From Eledone cirrhosa (Eukaryota), in contig OZ024751.1 of NCBI GenBank assembly GCA_964016885.1, positions 46,934,001 to 46,998,000 on the forward strand: DNA of 64,000 nt, given 5' to 3'. A program made the translations under genes and the position numbers. Shown here piece after piece: positions 32,285-46,927 of the stretch. The notes under the pieces were generated by a model. That model worked only from the letters and a program-made list of their open reading frames with translations, had not been told where the DNA came from and searched no databases. The first letter of the stretch is position 1, and each line of letters begins with the position of its first letter.

Positions 32285-32562
32285 TTTTCCACGAGATAAA
32301 TTTCATATAAAGGAGGTGTGGTAAGATACCAGATGGACCATAACGCACCATAGTACTCGATACTTACGGTAGTAGAGTGGGTAATAGGAAAAGAGTCAGG
32401 ACCCCGACGGCTGAGGTCCGGCAGTTTCGACAGCTAGATCCGAACTGTTCAACAACTCTTTTCCTATTACCCACTCTACTACCCTAAGTATCGAGTACTC
32501 TGGTGTGTTATGGTCCATCTGGTATTTTACCACACCTCCTTTATATGAAATTTATCTCGTGT
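32285..32562. mobile_element. Inverted-repeat PLE pseudo-LTR remnant
   Basis: ~32290-32395 is the reverse complement of ~32455-32560; related sequence at 45870-46100, 54200-54285 and 58730-58862. Confidence 0.6.
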
Positions 32563-32697
32563 TTTCACAAAAACAATATAAAAAGTTAAAACCATAGTTG
32601 GAGTGGTTAAACATACCTCAAAATAGAGTAATTTATCATAATAGTCAAAACAAAAGGGTATGTATCAACCCTTCTGAAAGAATTTTCCAGAAAGGTA

Positions 32698-32746
<49 letters not shown>

Positions 32747-32896
32747 ATACTTTGGGAGGGTCATGTTGCCAATAAGAAACACACGCACCAGTTGCTTTCA
32801 CTTCAATTTATTATATATTTATAAATTTACAAATTTATGAATTTATAAATTTCTGGTTGGTTGGTTGGTTCCACAACCAGATAGTTGTTTATATAT

Positions 32897-32941
32897 AGTC
32901 ATAGTCCTTTCGTCACACACTCTGTGACCTCTTCAGTGACT
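32897..32941 (-). ncRNA. Minimal type I hammerhead ribozyme, sense to the PLE ORF
   Basis: Reverse complement of 34177-34221. Confidence 0.7.
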
Positions 32942-33149
32942 GGGGATTCCTTTCTTTGTTTCTGTGCCTCTCCTTTGTTCTGTCCTACGCCATTTTGTTT
33001 CTGTGTGTGTGTTGTGTGCTCAGTTTGCGCATGCGCCACATCCGGGTGTCTGTGTGTGTTTATGTTCATTTATCTATTTGTTTATTTATTTATTTACATG
33101 TTATTGATTGGTTGTTTGTTCTATGTGTGCGTGTGTTTTCATTTTGTCC

Positions 33150-33960
33150 TTAATTGTAAGTTGTGATGTTGCTGTTCCACTCATATTTTCTATTTAATTT
33201 TGGTTGTAATTCTTTTATGTTTATTGCCTCTGTAATTTGTCTAAACATTGCATCTTTTCTGTGTGTAGATTCTATTTTTATTTCTATGTTCTCTAATTTA
33301 CCCTTGTGTTCTATCTTAGCATGTTGGTAGAGTACAGATGATTCTTTATTATCTTGAAGGTCTTGCCAGTGTTCATTTATCCGTTCCCCTATACTACGAG
33401 CTGTCTCACCTATGTACACTATATTTTTGTTTCTACATTGTCCTTCAGTACATCTTATGCTATACACTACATTTCTAGTTTTACAGTTAATATGGGGGCT
33501 TATTTTACAGGTTATACATTTCTTATCTATACATGAGGGCCTTTGAAAAGGGTATGTCTTGCTAATAAGTGTTTTTACGGAGGTACCTGGTCTTTCTACT
33601 ATCTTAATATTGAGTTTATGTTTATTTAGGGCCCTTCTAAATTTGTAGGCTAGTTCGCCTCTAGGGGTTGTATCGATGAACATTACACTCTGGTATTTAT
33701 TGCTATCATACCATGAGTTTATTCTATTAGCCTTGTTCCTAGTTCTTTCTATTCTATTCCAAAATTTGCTCCTATACAAGGGGCAGGTCGCATTTATGTA
33801 ATTATTTACCATTTTTTCCCATTTGGTTCTGGCTCCTCTATACACTCTGATTCTATCTGTCTGATTGTAGCCAGAGAACTGCATACGGTGGATGAAGTGT
33901 TGTATGTGTCTCTCTAGTTCTTCGGGGTTGCACATGCGGGACACATTTCTCATAGAACAA
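33150..33960 (-). CDS. PLE polyprotein C-terminal part: RT thumb, Cys-rich linker, GIY-YIG endonuclease (5'-truncated)
   Basis: MQFSGY...CIDKKCITC...CKTRNVVYSIRC...VYIGETARSIGERINEH...LYQHAKIEH...RQITEAINI...LNRKYEW; the ORF-track N-terminus derives from pLTR simple repeat. Confidence 0.9.
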
Positions 33961-34176
33961 ACAAACACACATAGAACAAACACACACACATAGAACAAAC
34001 AACCAACCAATAACATGTAAATAAATAAATAAATAAACAAATAGATAAATAAACATAAACACACACAGACACCCGGATGTGGCGCATGCGCAAACTAAGC
34101 ACACGACACACACACAGAAACAAAATGGCGTAGGACAGAACAAAGGAGAGGCACAGAAACAAAGAAAGGAATCCCC

Positions 34177-34221
34177 AGTCACTGAAGAGGTCACAGAGTG
34201 TGTGACGAAAGGACTATGACT
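34177..34221 (+). ncRNA. Minimal type I hammerhead ribozyme
   Basis: agtca-CTGAAGA-g-gtcaca(gagtg)tgtgac-GAAAG-ga-CTA-tgact. Confidence 0.7.
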
Positions 34222-34433
34222 ATATATAAACAACTATCTGGTTGTGGAACCAACCAACCAACCAGAAATTTATAAATTTATAAATTTGTAAATTTATAAA
34301 TATATAATAAATTGAAGTGAAAGCAACTGGTGCGTGTGTTTCTTATTGGCAACATGACCCTCCCAAAGTATAACAATATCGGTTTCAACACACGATTTCA
34401 GATAAAGAATCTTGCTAAAAAAATTCAGAAACG

Positions 34434-34479
<46 letters not shown>

Positions 34480-35189
34480 TTATTTATTAAAATAACAGAT
34501 TAAAGTTTAAGCAAAGAATCGCTGCTTTCACTCTTAACGGGATCTTCTGAAACTAACAAAGTCAATCTGTAAACGCAGAAGTGGATATTTCAAAAAACGT
34601 TGCAACCGGAGGACGACAGGAAAACGATACTTTGGTTCGTGGAAAAAAACGAATATAATACGTCATTATTTGGAGCGGTGGAAAACAATTACACGCAAAG
34701 ACAGAACCACGTTTATGGTATAAAAGAAGTCGTAGACTAATGTTCCTTTAGGTGGTTCATAGAGACGTTCTCTGGCAATGAACGGAAAAATCGAAGATAA
34801 TACGTCATATGTGGAACGTGGAGAACAATTGCACGCAAAGACAAAACCACGTAAATGGTATAACTGAAGTCGTAGACTAAAATTCTAACTAGAAAACCGA
34901 ATGATTCTCCGCTTCAGAGTTAAGAATAAAGTAAATAAAATACAGAGGTAATTGAAATTAAATAAATACATACACACAACCAAATACGTACATACACAAG
35001 CATACGCGAAAACACTCGCCATAGGTATACAAATACACGCACATATAAATATGTGTGTGTGTGTGTGCGTGTATACAAATAATTAAATAAACGTATATAA
35101 ATAAATAAATATTTGCTCTACGGTTCTTATATACTTGATATATATTTATCCTTATCGAGCCCCCTTTGGATTTTAGTCTTCAAATTTAT

Positions 35190-35253
<64 letters not shown>

Positions 35254-35472
35254 CTTGGGGAGGGTCATATTGTTGTAATAATATTGCCAGAAATAATAAC
35301 AGAACACACTCACTGTTTGGTTGGTTTTCGCTTCTATATCTTCTATATCTCCATAGTTAATTTATTTGGCGATCAACGTTTATCATTGATTGGCCAACGG
35401 TTAAAAATACATATATATATATATATTTATTAAAATAACAGGTTAAAGTTTAAGCAAAGAATCGCTGCTTTC

Positions 35473-36436
35473 GGTCGTTAATTACCTCGACGTTACCCTC
35501 AATTTATCGAATGGGTTGTATTACCCGTATAGAAAGCCGAATGATACGCTTAATTACATAAGTAAGCATTCCAACCATCCTGCCAGCATAACCAAGAACC
35601 TGGTAAGAAACGTTTCGTTGAGGCTTTCCCGTCTATCTACTAACGAGCATATTTTCAACGACCATTCCACTTATTACAATGAAGCTCTTGCTCGGAGTGG
35701 ATTTGTCGATAAGGTAGCATAAACAGAGTACGAAAATAGACCTAGAAGAAATAGATCCCGTCGCATTTGTTGGTATAACCCACCATATAATATGGAGGTG
35801 GCCACACCATTAGCTAAGATCTTTCTTTCCTTATTACGAAGCATTTTCCCCCTACACATAAATATAGTAAACTTTTTAATAGAAATACTATTAAAATTTC
35901 TTACTCTACGACTCCTAACCTTGCACATAACATCACAGCTTCAAATTTAGCTAAACTACCTAGCCGTAGGAACACGTGCAACCCTATAGTTAGTACTAAA
36001 TTGTAGGAATCGGGCTGATTGCCCCCTATCCGGGAAATGCCTCTCTAGTAACATTGTCTACAAATGTAAGGTTGTAACACCCACGTCCCGTAGGGCCTAC
36101 ATAGGGTCAACCGCCAATAGATTCAAGCAGCGTCTTTACATGCATAACCATTCTTTTCGTTACCCTCTAAGAAGGAATATGACGTCACTTTCAGCCTATA
36201 TCTGGAGTCTAAAAGACAACCACAACCAATATAAGTTACACTGGGAGATCCTAGCTAGGGCTAGATCGTATATTGGAAATAAAAGACCATGTGACCTCTG
36301 AGCCGCTGAGGCCCTGGAAATACTCTACGCCACAGACCACATCTTAAACAAAAAATCTGAGGCAATTTCGGCTTGTAAACATAAATTGCACAAAACTTTC
36401 CTGTATTACAGCCCCACGTTATACCCTAACGGATAG
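35473..36436 (+). pseudogene. PLE RT C-terminus plus GIY-YIG endonuclease with stops and frameshifts
   Basis: VNYLDVTLNL...YRKPND...SNHP; WYNPPY; NRNTIKISYS; NCRNRADCPLSGKCLSSNIVYKCKV...YIGSTANRFKQRLYMH...LSAYIWSLK...CDL*AAE...LNKKSE...CKHK. Confidence 0.9.
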
Positions 36437-37365
36437 TACGATCTATACGTGGATATTTTACGTCTTGATGTGATAGCTAAGTATATGTTTTATTTATACC
36501 ATTACTTATTTGCATAGGTAAGTATTTATTACCTGTATGTTTTGTGAATGTACGTATACTTTCTCGTACGTATATTTGATTGCATATGTTATGGCGTATA
36601 ATTTTATATATTCTGGTACATATGGTTTGGTTATGTGTATACGGGAGTTTTGCGTCTGTGTGAGTATGCAGGTTCGTACGTATGTAGGGTGTATGTATAT
36701 GTGTACTTCATGTTTTGGTTGACGTACGTCTCCGAACATTTGTGTATTTACATGTAGGTATGTGTGTGCGCTTGTTATATAAGTATTTATTTATATACGT
36801 TTATTTAATTATTTATTTATTTGTATACACACACACACACATACACACATATTTATATGTGCGTGGTTTTGTATACCTATGGCAAGTGTTTTCGCGTATG
36901 CTTGTGTATGATCGTATTTGGATGCGTGTATGTATTTATTTAATTTCATTTACTTCTGTATTGTATTTTATTTACTTTATTCTTAACTCTGAAGCGGAGA
37001 TTCATTCGGTTTCCTAGTTAGAATTTTAGTCTACGACTTCAGCTATACAATTTATGTGGTTTTGTCTTTGCGTGCAATTGTTCTCCACGCTCCACATATG
37101 ACGTATTATCTTCGTTTTTTCCGTTCATTGCCAGAGAACGTCTCTATGAACCACCTAAGAGAACATTAGTCTACGACTTCTTTTATACCATAAACGTCTT
37201 TGCGCGTAATTGTTTTTCACCGCTCCTATTAATGACGTATTATATTCGTTTTTCCCGTTCTTTGCCAGGGAACGTTTCCACGAACCAAAGTATCGTCTTC
37301 CTGTCTTCCTCCGGTTGCAACGGTTTTTGAAATATCCACTTCTGCGTTTACAGATTGACTATGTT

Positions 37366-37416
37366 AGTTTCAGAAGATCCCGTTAAGGGTGAAAGCAGCG
37401 ATTCTTTGCTTAAACT
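37366..37416 (+). ncRNA. Type I hammerhead-like fold with variant core CAGAAGA
   Basis: agttt-CAGAAGA-tccc(gttaa)gggt-GAAAgca(gcgattctt)tgCTT-aaact; reverse copy at 34504-34554. Confidence 0.6.
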
Positions 37417-37523
37417 TTAATCTGTTATTTTAATAAATATTTGCTCTACGGTTCTTATATATTTGATATATATTTATCCTTATCGAGCCCTCTTTGGATT
37501 TTAGTCTTCAATTTTATTATTAT

Positions 37524-37575
<52 letters not shown>

Positions 37576-37644
37576 TATGAAGAGAGAAGAAACATTTAGA
37601 TATAATTAGTAATAAAATGTATCATACCTAAACTGCTCCTAAAT

Positions 37645-37734
37645 TCCTCGACTACGTAGTTTCGTGGCATAAACAAAAACAATATATCATAAAGATATAG
37701 AGTCCCTGCGAGGTCTGCCGACTTATCAAGAGGA
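37645..37734 (-). ncRNA. Type I hammerhead, U3-A8 variant (inverted copy)
   Basis: Reverse complement of 38824-38913. Confidence 0.7.
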
Positions 37735-38227
37735 TACCTCATTTTACTAGTCTCAAGAACGCGTCTACACGACGTGAGAAAGAATCCCAAAAGGCGGAGG
37801 GGGAGATAGTCACGCGATATAACGGTCGAGAAACAGAGCTAAGCCTCTTATAACCACGAAGAAAATACCACGGAGGCGGAGGGAGTATTCATATCGAGGC
37901 CGCAGAAGAGGTGGTGAAGAAGGCTAGAAGTATGAGTAATGGAAGCTTTCCAGTTGTCCCCACACTTCAAAGATTGCTCGACCAGAGGGAGTTATTAACA
38001 ATATATTTAGAAACACACAGATACATGCGGACACACACATATATACATGAATGCATCCGCACGCAACTGTGAGTTAAGGGTGCCAACTTCACCGATGTTG
38101 CTCAATGGTTATAAGAGGCTTAGCTCTGTTTCTCGACCGTTATATCGCGTGACTATCTCCCCCTCCGCCTTTTGGGATTCTTTCTCACGTCGTGTAGACG
38201 CGTTCTTGAGACTAGTAAAATGAGGTA

Positions 38228-38317
38228 TCCTCTTGATAAGTCGGCAGACCTCGCAGGGACTCTATATCTTTCTGATATATTGTTTTTGTTTATGCCACGA
38301 AACTACGTAGTCGAGGA
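38228..38317 (+). ncRNA. Type I hammerhead, U3-A8 variant
   Basis: tcctc-TTGATAA-gtcggca...tgccac-GAAAC-tacgta-GTC-gagga; palindromic helix III. Confidence 0.75.
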
Positions 38318-38823
38318 ATTTAGGAGCAGTTTAGGTATGATACATTTTATTACTAATTATATCTAAATGTTTCTTCTCTCTTCATAATGTATTTTTAACT
38401 CTGATACTGGTTCAGTCTGGTTCAACTGAATTGGTCTGTCCCGGTCATTCATTGAGCAACATCGGTGAAGTTGGCACCCTTAACTCACAGTTGGGTGCGG
38501 ATGCATTCATGTATATATGTGTGTGTCCGCATGTATCTGTGTGTTTCTAAATATATTGTTAATAACACTCCCTCTGGTCGAGCAATCTTTGAAGTGTGGG
38601 GACAACTGGAAAGCTTCCATTACTCATACTTCTAGCCTTCTTCACCACCTCTTCTGCGGCCTCGATATGAATACCCCCTCCGCCTCCGTGGTATTTTCTT
38701 CGTGGTTATAAGAGGCTTAGCTCTGTTTCTCGACCGTTATATCGCGTGACTATCTCCCCTCCGCCTTTTGGGATTCTTTCTCACGTCGTGTAGACGCGTT
38801 CTTGAGACTAGTAAAATGAGGTA

Positions 38824-38913
38824 TCCTCTTGATAAGTCGGCAGACCTCGCAGGGACTCTATATCTTTATGATATATTGTTTTTGTTTATGCCACGAAACT
38901 ACGTAGTCGAGGA
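38824..38913 (+). ncRNA. Type I hammerhead, U3-A8 variant (tandem copy)
   Basis: Same fold 596 bp downstream of 38228. Confidence 0.75.
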
Positions 38914-39146
38914 ATTTAGGAGCAGTTTAGGTATGATACATTTTATTACTAATTATATCTAAATGTTTCTTCTCTCTTCATAATGTATTTTTAACTCTGA
39001 TACTGGTTCAGTCTGGTTCAACTGAATTGGTCTGTCCCGGTCATTCATTGAGCAACATCGGTGAAGTTGGCACCCTTAACTCACAGTTGGGTGCGGATGC
39101 ATTCATGTATATATGTGTGTGTCCGCATGTATCTGTGTGTTTCTAA

Positions 39147-39234
<88 letters not shown>

Positions 39235-39237
<3 letters not shown>

Positions 39238-39742
39238 TAGAATCGGAGCTCTGAAATAGCAATATATATATGGATGTATATATAATGTATATATGTGTAT
39301 ATATCTCCCCTGTTTGCTGAGATCAAAGTGAGTGAATTTGTCACTACTTTAAAACAATAGCTTACGGTCTTCAAAATGCTTTTAATTAAGCATAAAGTGT
39401 ATTGCAAAACACATTATATATACATCCATATATATATTGCTATTTCAGAGCTCCAATTCTAATTTTTAATTTCTTGTGACCAACAACCGCCCTGCATAAT
39501 CAGCTCCTGATTATTTACTAGATTTCTATAAGAATATAACATCATTGATCTCAGTAGACAGGTGGGGTAGTTGGCCTTGATAATCTTCAACCAAAGCGAA
39601 ACATGTCATGTCGGCTTATCTCCCCTGTTTGCTGAGATCAAAGTGAGTGAATTTGTCACTACTTTAAAATAATAGCTTACGGTCTTCAAAATGCTTTTAA
39701 TTAAGCATAAAGTGTATTGCAAAATACGTTATATATACATCC

Positions 39743-39750
<8 letters not shown>
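39235..39750 (+). mobile_element. 315-bp tandem unit with short inverted leader (PLE pLTR/retrozyme-like)
   Basis: tatctcccctgtttgctgagatc at 39302 and 39617; ~39235-39290 inverts ~39412-39465. Confidence 0.7.
39547..39639 (+). ncRNA. Type I hammerhead, U3-A8 variant with long helix I
   Basis: gatctcagtagacagg...ggcc-TTGATAA-tctt(caacca)aagc-GAAACAT(gtc)ATGTC-ggct...cctgtttgctgagatc. Confidence 0.65.
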
Positions 39751-39773
<23 letters not shown>

Positions 39774-39889
39774 TTATTATATAGTATTTTCCGTAGTGTT
39801 GTAATATTAATATTACACACAGTAGATGGACAGCTCACGTAGAGTTTGCTCGACGGTTCCAGTTGTAGTTTCAAAAGTAATTCGGAGAA

Positions 39890-40170
39890 AATAGAAGGAT
39901 TTAAATGGTACAGTTCAGTTAAAAGGAATTTATTGACACGTGTTTCAATAACAGTTACATAACCTGAAAACAGCTGCTATCTACAAAGTATTAATTATGC
40001 AGACACTCAATATTTCAATGAAATGATAGTTGATAATAACATTGAAATATTGAGTGTCTCCATAATTAATACTTTGTAGATAGCAGCTGTTTTCAGGTTA
40101 TGTAACTGTTATTGAAACACGTGTCAATAAATTCCTTTTAACTGAACTGTATCCATTTAAATCCTTCTAT
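39890..40170. repeat. ~130-bp inverted repeat with hammerhead 3' half (pLTR remnant)
   Basis: Arms ~39890-40020 and ~40040-40170; GAAAC-ACGT-GTC at 40114-40125. Confidence 0.7.
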
Positions 40171-40234
40171 ATTAATTATTATATATATTATATATATGTA
40201 ATATATATATTATATATATTATATATATATATTA

Positions 40235-40265
<31 letters not shown>

Positions 40266-40269
40266 ATTA

Positions 40270-40542
<273 letters not shown>

Positions 40543-41099
40543 ATATATATATATATATATACATGTATCTGTATGTATATGTGTGTGTATGTGTGCGTGC
40601 AAGTATATGTATTTATGTCTATATGAGCATGCATTTGTTTACGTACATGTGGAGTTGTATAGAATAGTTATTGTATTGTGTGGTGTTGTGGAGGTTCACA
40701 TTTCTAGTTATTTATTTATTTATTCCTTCATTTCTTTATTTCTTTATTTACTTATTTATTTATTTGTTTGTTTGTTTGTTTATTTTTTGTTTTTGTTTTT
40801 TTTTTGTTTTTGCGGTTTTACTATTTGCAAGAGTATGTTTACATATTGTTTACGAACCGTTTACGCACATTCAGAGATATATTAAGGGCAGTTTAGAGGG
40901 AATTTAGTGAGAGGAGTTTGTGTAGGGTTTAGAGAGAGAGTTTAGGGGGTGGGTGGGGTCGGGTGGGGACGATAAAGGGCTAGATTGTAGAAGGGTTGTG
41001 TGACATTAACCTATTGGCATAACAATGTGTCTCTTATAAACAGCATGAGGTAATGTCGTAAAAAATAAACGTGTGTTGTAATAAATTTGGTGACAGAAC

Positions 41100-43439
<2,340 letters not shown>

Positions 43440-43639
43440 TGAAGTTAGTCCTTCATCAGTGATCTTCCAACCTTCATTGGTATTTCATCGCTTTAAAGAC
43501 CATATACCTCCGGTTGGTGCGAGCAACGGCCAAAGAAAGTCGTTGGGACACGTAAATAAGGGGAACGAGCGAAACAGTAAACAATCAAAGATGGTAATGC
43601 AACGAAAAGTGAGGAAGAAGATATATATATATATATAGT

Positions 43640-43822
43640 AATAATAATAAATGTGAAGACTAAAATCCAAAGAAGATTTCAGTCTTTACATTTATTCCTC
43701 GATAAGGATAAATATATATCAAATATATAAGAACCCTAGAGCAAATATTTATTAAAATAACAGATTAAAGCTGAGGGTGAAAGCAGCGATTCTTTGCTTA
43801 AACTTTAATCTGTTATTTTAAT
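43640..43822. mobile_element. Inverted fragments of the pLTR family seen at 37366-37530
   Basis: 43645-43770 inverts ~37412-37520; 43775-43822 matches 37386-37433; other pieces at 31950-32000, 35425-35472 and 56003-56062. Confidence 0.7.
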
Positions 43823-43826
43823 ATAT

Positions 43827-43854
<28 letters not shown>

Positions 43855-43857
<3 letters not shown>

Positions 43858-44160
43858 ATAACTAAAAATTGATTAACATATAAATAAACATGAATAATCA
43901 CAGGAGATAATTTTTACAAGTGTGTAACCACACATAGCTAGGTAGGTAACTAAATAAAGTTGACCAGAACTTCAAAAATAGATACCTTATAATATGATTA
44001 ATCTGATTAATCATATTATAAGGTATTAATCATCTATTTTTGAAGTTCTGGTTAACTTTATTTAGTTACCTACCTAGCTATGTGTGGTTACACACTTGTA
44101 AAAATTCTCCTGTGATTATTCATGTTTATTTATATGTTAATCAATTTCTAGTTATTATAA
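43855..44160. repeat. ~150-bp inverted repeat next to (TA)n
   Basis: 43855-44003 is the reverse complement of 44005-44158. Confidence 0.8.
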
Positions 44161-44281
44161 AATGCTCGGACCTACTCGTTAGAATCTTAGAGCTTATTTT
44201 GCGGGTGATATGGCGCATGTCTTTCTGGCATGACACCCATAATTTTGATTTAGATTAAATTTATTTGATTTATCTTAATTT

Positions 44282-44320
<39 letters not shown>

Positions 44321-44384
44321 ATAAAATATAGAGTTATTAACTCAAATAGATACCCTGTAATTAACAAGCTCAAAGTATAAATAC

Positions 44385-44497
44385 TGAGCATTTCCCGCCG
44401 AAGTTAACTTTGCCTTTCATCCTTACGGGGTCGATAAAATAAGTACCAGTAATGTACTGGATAATTGCTGGCCTTGTGCCAAAAGTAGAAACAATTA
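44385..44497 (+). mobile_element. SINE family A 3' part
   Basis: cccgccgaagttaactttgcctttcatccttacggggtcgataaaataagtaccag. Confidence 0.8.
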
Positions 44498-44714
44498 TAA
44501 TATTAATATGTGTAGAAGTAAACACAGGGCGAAACAGATTAAATCTTTAGGCTGTCCGGGAGATGAAATGGTTATTGATATGGTATGTATGAGAAATCTT
44601 GTAAGAAATCTTGTAACATCCCATATGATTCAGGTTGAATGATATATAACATTTGTGGTGTAATCTACCCTCGTAATTTTAGACACGGGTTTACTGTGTT
44701 TACTTCTACACATA

Positions 44715-44752
<38 letters not shown>

Positions 44753-45107
44753 TATATGTGTGTGTGTGCATGTGTGTGCGCGTGCGTGTTTGTGAGACGG
44801 ACAACACACATAATAGCATACACAAACACATACTCAAACACACATATACTTACATAAACACATACACAAGTACACACTCCAACTCACTTTCACACACGAA
44901 CAGGTACACACATAGAGAAATGCATACACATATACAATCACATACACATTCACTACCACATACACATTTACTACCACATACACATTTACTACTACATATA
45001 TGCTACCACATACACACATACATACACCTGTCCCTTGTAATTGAAAAGAGGCCGCTGCCAACCCAAAGTCGTAAAAATTAAAATATAACGTATTAAAATG
45101 GCGTATC

Positions 45108-45140
<33 letters not shown>

Positions 45141-45725
45141 GGTGTTTATATGTATGTGTCTGTAGTGGCCGTGTTTGTTTGTGTGTGTAATGTGTGTGTT
45201 TATATGGGTGTATGTATGTTTAAGTGTTTATATGTATGTATCTGTGGTGATCGTGTGTGTTTGTGTGTGTTATGTGTATGTTTATACGTGTGGATGTGAG
45301 TGTATGTGTGTGTATATGTAAGTGTCTCTAGAGGTTGTGTGTATTACTGTGTCTGTATGTAGTATATGCTAAGCAAAGATGGCGTCTGAACCCCGTAAAA
45401 CATTAAAATAAGAGTATCACGCTGTTGTAACTATTTTACAGTGTGTATGTGTATGTTATTATAGTGGTGTGTATATGTGTGTGCTAGGGTGTTTCTAAAG
45501 GGGGTGCAATACTGGGGTTGATGGGGGCAGTTTGGAAAGAGATGGGTAGTGATTGTAGGGCTGTAAAAGGTCTTTGTATTTACATTGTAAGTGTGTACGT
45601 GTATAAAGGTGTAAAGTTGTACACGTCTAAATACTTCACTTGAGTTTTGGGAAACGTGTGATGTATGACGTGATATGAATGTATATATATACGTACACAC
45701 ATACGCACACATACATACATAAATG

Positions 45726-45758
<33 letters not shown>

Positions 45759-45869
45759 TGGGTCGTCAAGTATGAAATTTGTAAACATTTTTTTTTTTTT
45801 ACTAGAAATTTCTACAACTTTTGTACTTTTGACCTAATATTGACCTAATATATATATACATATATATTT

Positions 45870-46098
45870 ATGAAAGAGTCTGGACCCCGACGGCTGAGCT
45901 CTTGCCGTTTCAACAGCTAGTTCCAGGGGTCCCGAATCTTTCATATTACCATACTCTACTACCCCAAGTATCCAGTACTCTGGTGAGTATTGGTCTAACC
46001 AGTTTTTACGGTATCCATATTGATCTTTATATAGTGAGTGTGTTCTGTTATTAATTCTGGCAATATTATTACACAAATATGACCCTCCCCAAGTATAA

Positions 46099-46102
<4 letters not shown>
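45870..46102. mobile_element. PLE pLTR remnant with degenerate hammerhead (minus strand 45882-45932)
   Basis: Reverse strand ggacccc-[damaged core]-GAAACGGC...GCCGTC-ggggtcc; terminus atgaccctccccaagtataacaata shared with 34354-34378. Confidence 0.6.
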
Positions 46103-46130
<28 letters not shown>

Positions 46131-46429
46131 TCGTCTTTGCTCTAGGGAGTAGAGTTTAATTATTTCAGCCTCTCCCAGTAGCTCATCTCTTTCATTAAGG
46201 TAATCTTGTTGTAGCTTCGATTGATTGCTTCTAGTTCCGCAGTTAATTCAAAACTGTAAGTGCAGCCGGTACTATAGCTTGGATAATAGTGCCGGCGGCT
46301 CTATTGATCTGCATGGTTTCATGATCTCTTGTCCAGAATGACCTCAAAAATCATCCGACCAGTCGGCTGTCCATTGTTGCCATCAGGGTGGTAAGCACTT
46401 GAAACAATGCCTCGTTTCTCATACCAATC

Positions 46430-46927
46430 ACACCATGATTTTGATTCAGAGATTTCGATCCCTTTTGGTCCAGAGCAACTTTGTTGTGGTGCTTTTGTAT
46501 TAGCGGGTTGATAGAGAAGGGCTTGACATTTTCTAGCATTAAACTGCACATTGTTACCCTCGGTTTATTTGTATATGGCATTTAAATCTCACATTAAGAG
46601 AGTTACATAAGCCGGATTCTTGATTTCTTGGGCTATTTTCGTGTCGTCAGCAGAGCTAGAAACAGCGACTGCCTATACTACCGAGAACATGTCTGAGGGA
46701 GAGCCATCATATCAGTAATGGCTCTTAAGACAGTTCCATAAGGGACTCCACTCTCTAGTAATGTTTCCTTTGAGCGGGATTCATTAGCTACGACATCCTG
46801 ACTTCTGTTCTTATGCAGCCACTCTCCTAGTTTTCAACCTATGCCGAGACTACGTAAATGGTGACATATTACATGGTCCACCTTATCGAAGACCTTTCTT
46901 TGTAAAATCGAGATACATCACATCTAC
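46430..46927 (-). pseudogene. CR1/L2-like LINE reverse transcriptase fragment
   Basis: Disrupted minus-strand motifs YLDF..FDKVDH, GVPYGTVL, ADDTKI, FNARKCQ. Confidence 0.75.

Larger units (their letters stand above)
32741..34378 (-). mobile_element. 5'-truncated Penelope-like retroelement with ~400-bp inverted pseudo-LTRs
   Basis: ~32741-33137 is the reverse complement of ~33980-34378; encloses a GIY-YIG ORF; hammerhead in each pLTR; flanked by (TA)n. Confidence 0.9.
34482..37530 (+). mobile_element. Second Penelope-like element with inverted pseudo-LTR copy
   Basis: ~34482-35105 is the reverse complement of ~36780-37435; 35105-35192 repeats 37432-37530; RT/GIY-YIG remnant between; bounded by (TA)n. 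Confidence 0.85.
37573..39150. mobile_element. Non-coding 596-bp unit as an inverted copy plus ~1.75 tandem copies (PLE pLTR/retrozyme-like)
   Basis: 38106-39150 repeats with 596-bp period; 37573-38105 is the reverse complement of ~38452-38986; (TA)n on both sides. Confidence 0.85.

Noticed and set aside
37596-38962. Three copies of a 64-aa ORF MGFFLTSCRR...
   Set aside because: TTG start, no recognisable domain, overlaps the ribozyme; repeated only because the unit is repeated
43445-43470. CTGATGA hammerhead core (minus strand); another at ~59265
   Set aside because: No matching GAAA/helix III/NUH half; truncated or chance
43855-44160. MITE/DNA transposon interpretation of the fold-back repeats
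   Set aside because: No clear TSD or terminal signature; neighbouring fold-backs carry ribozymes and fit PLE inversion better, though this one shows none
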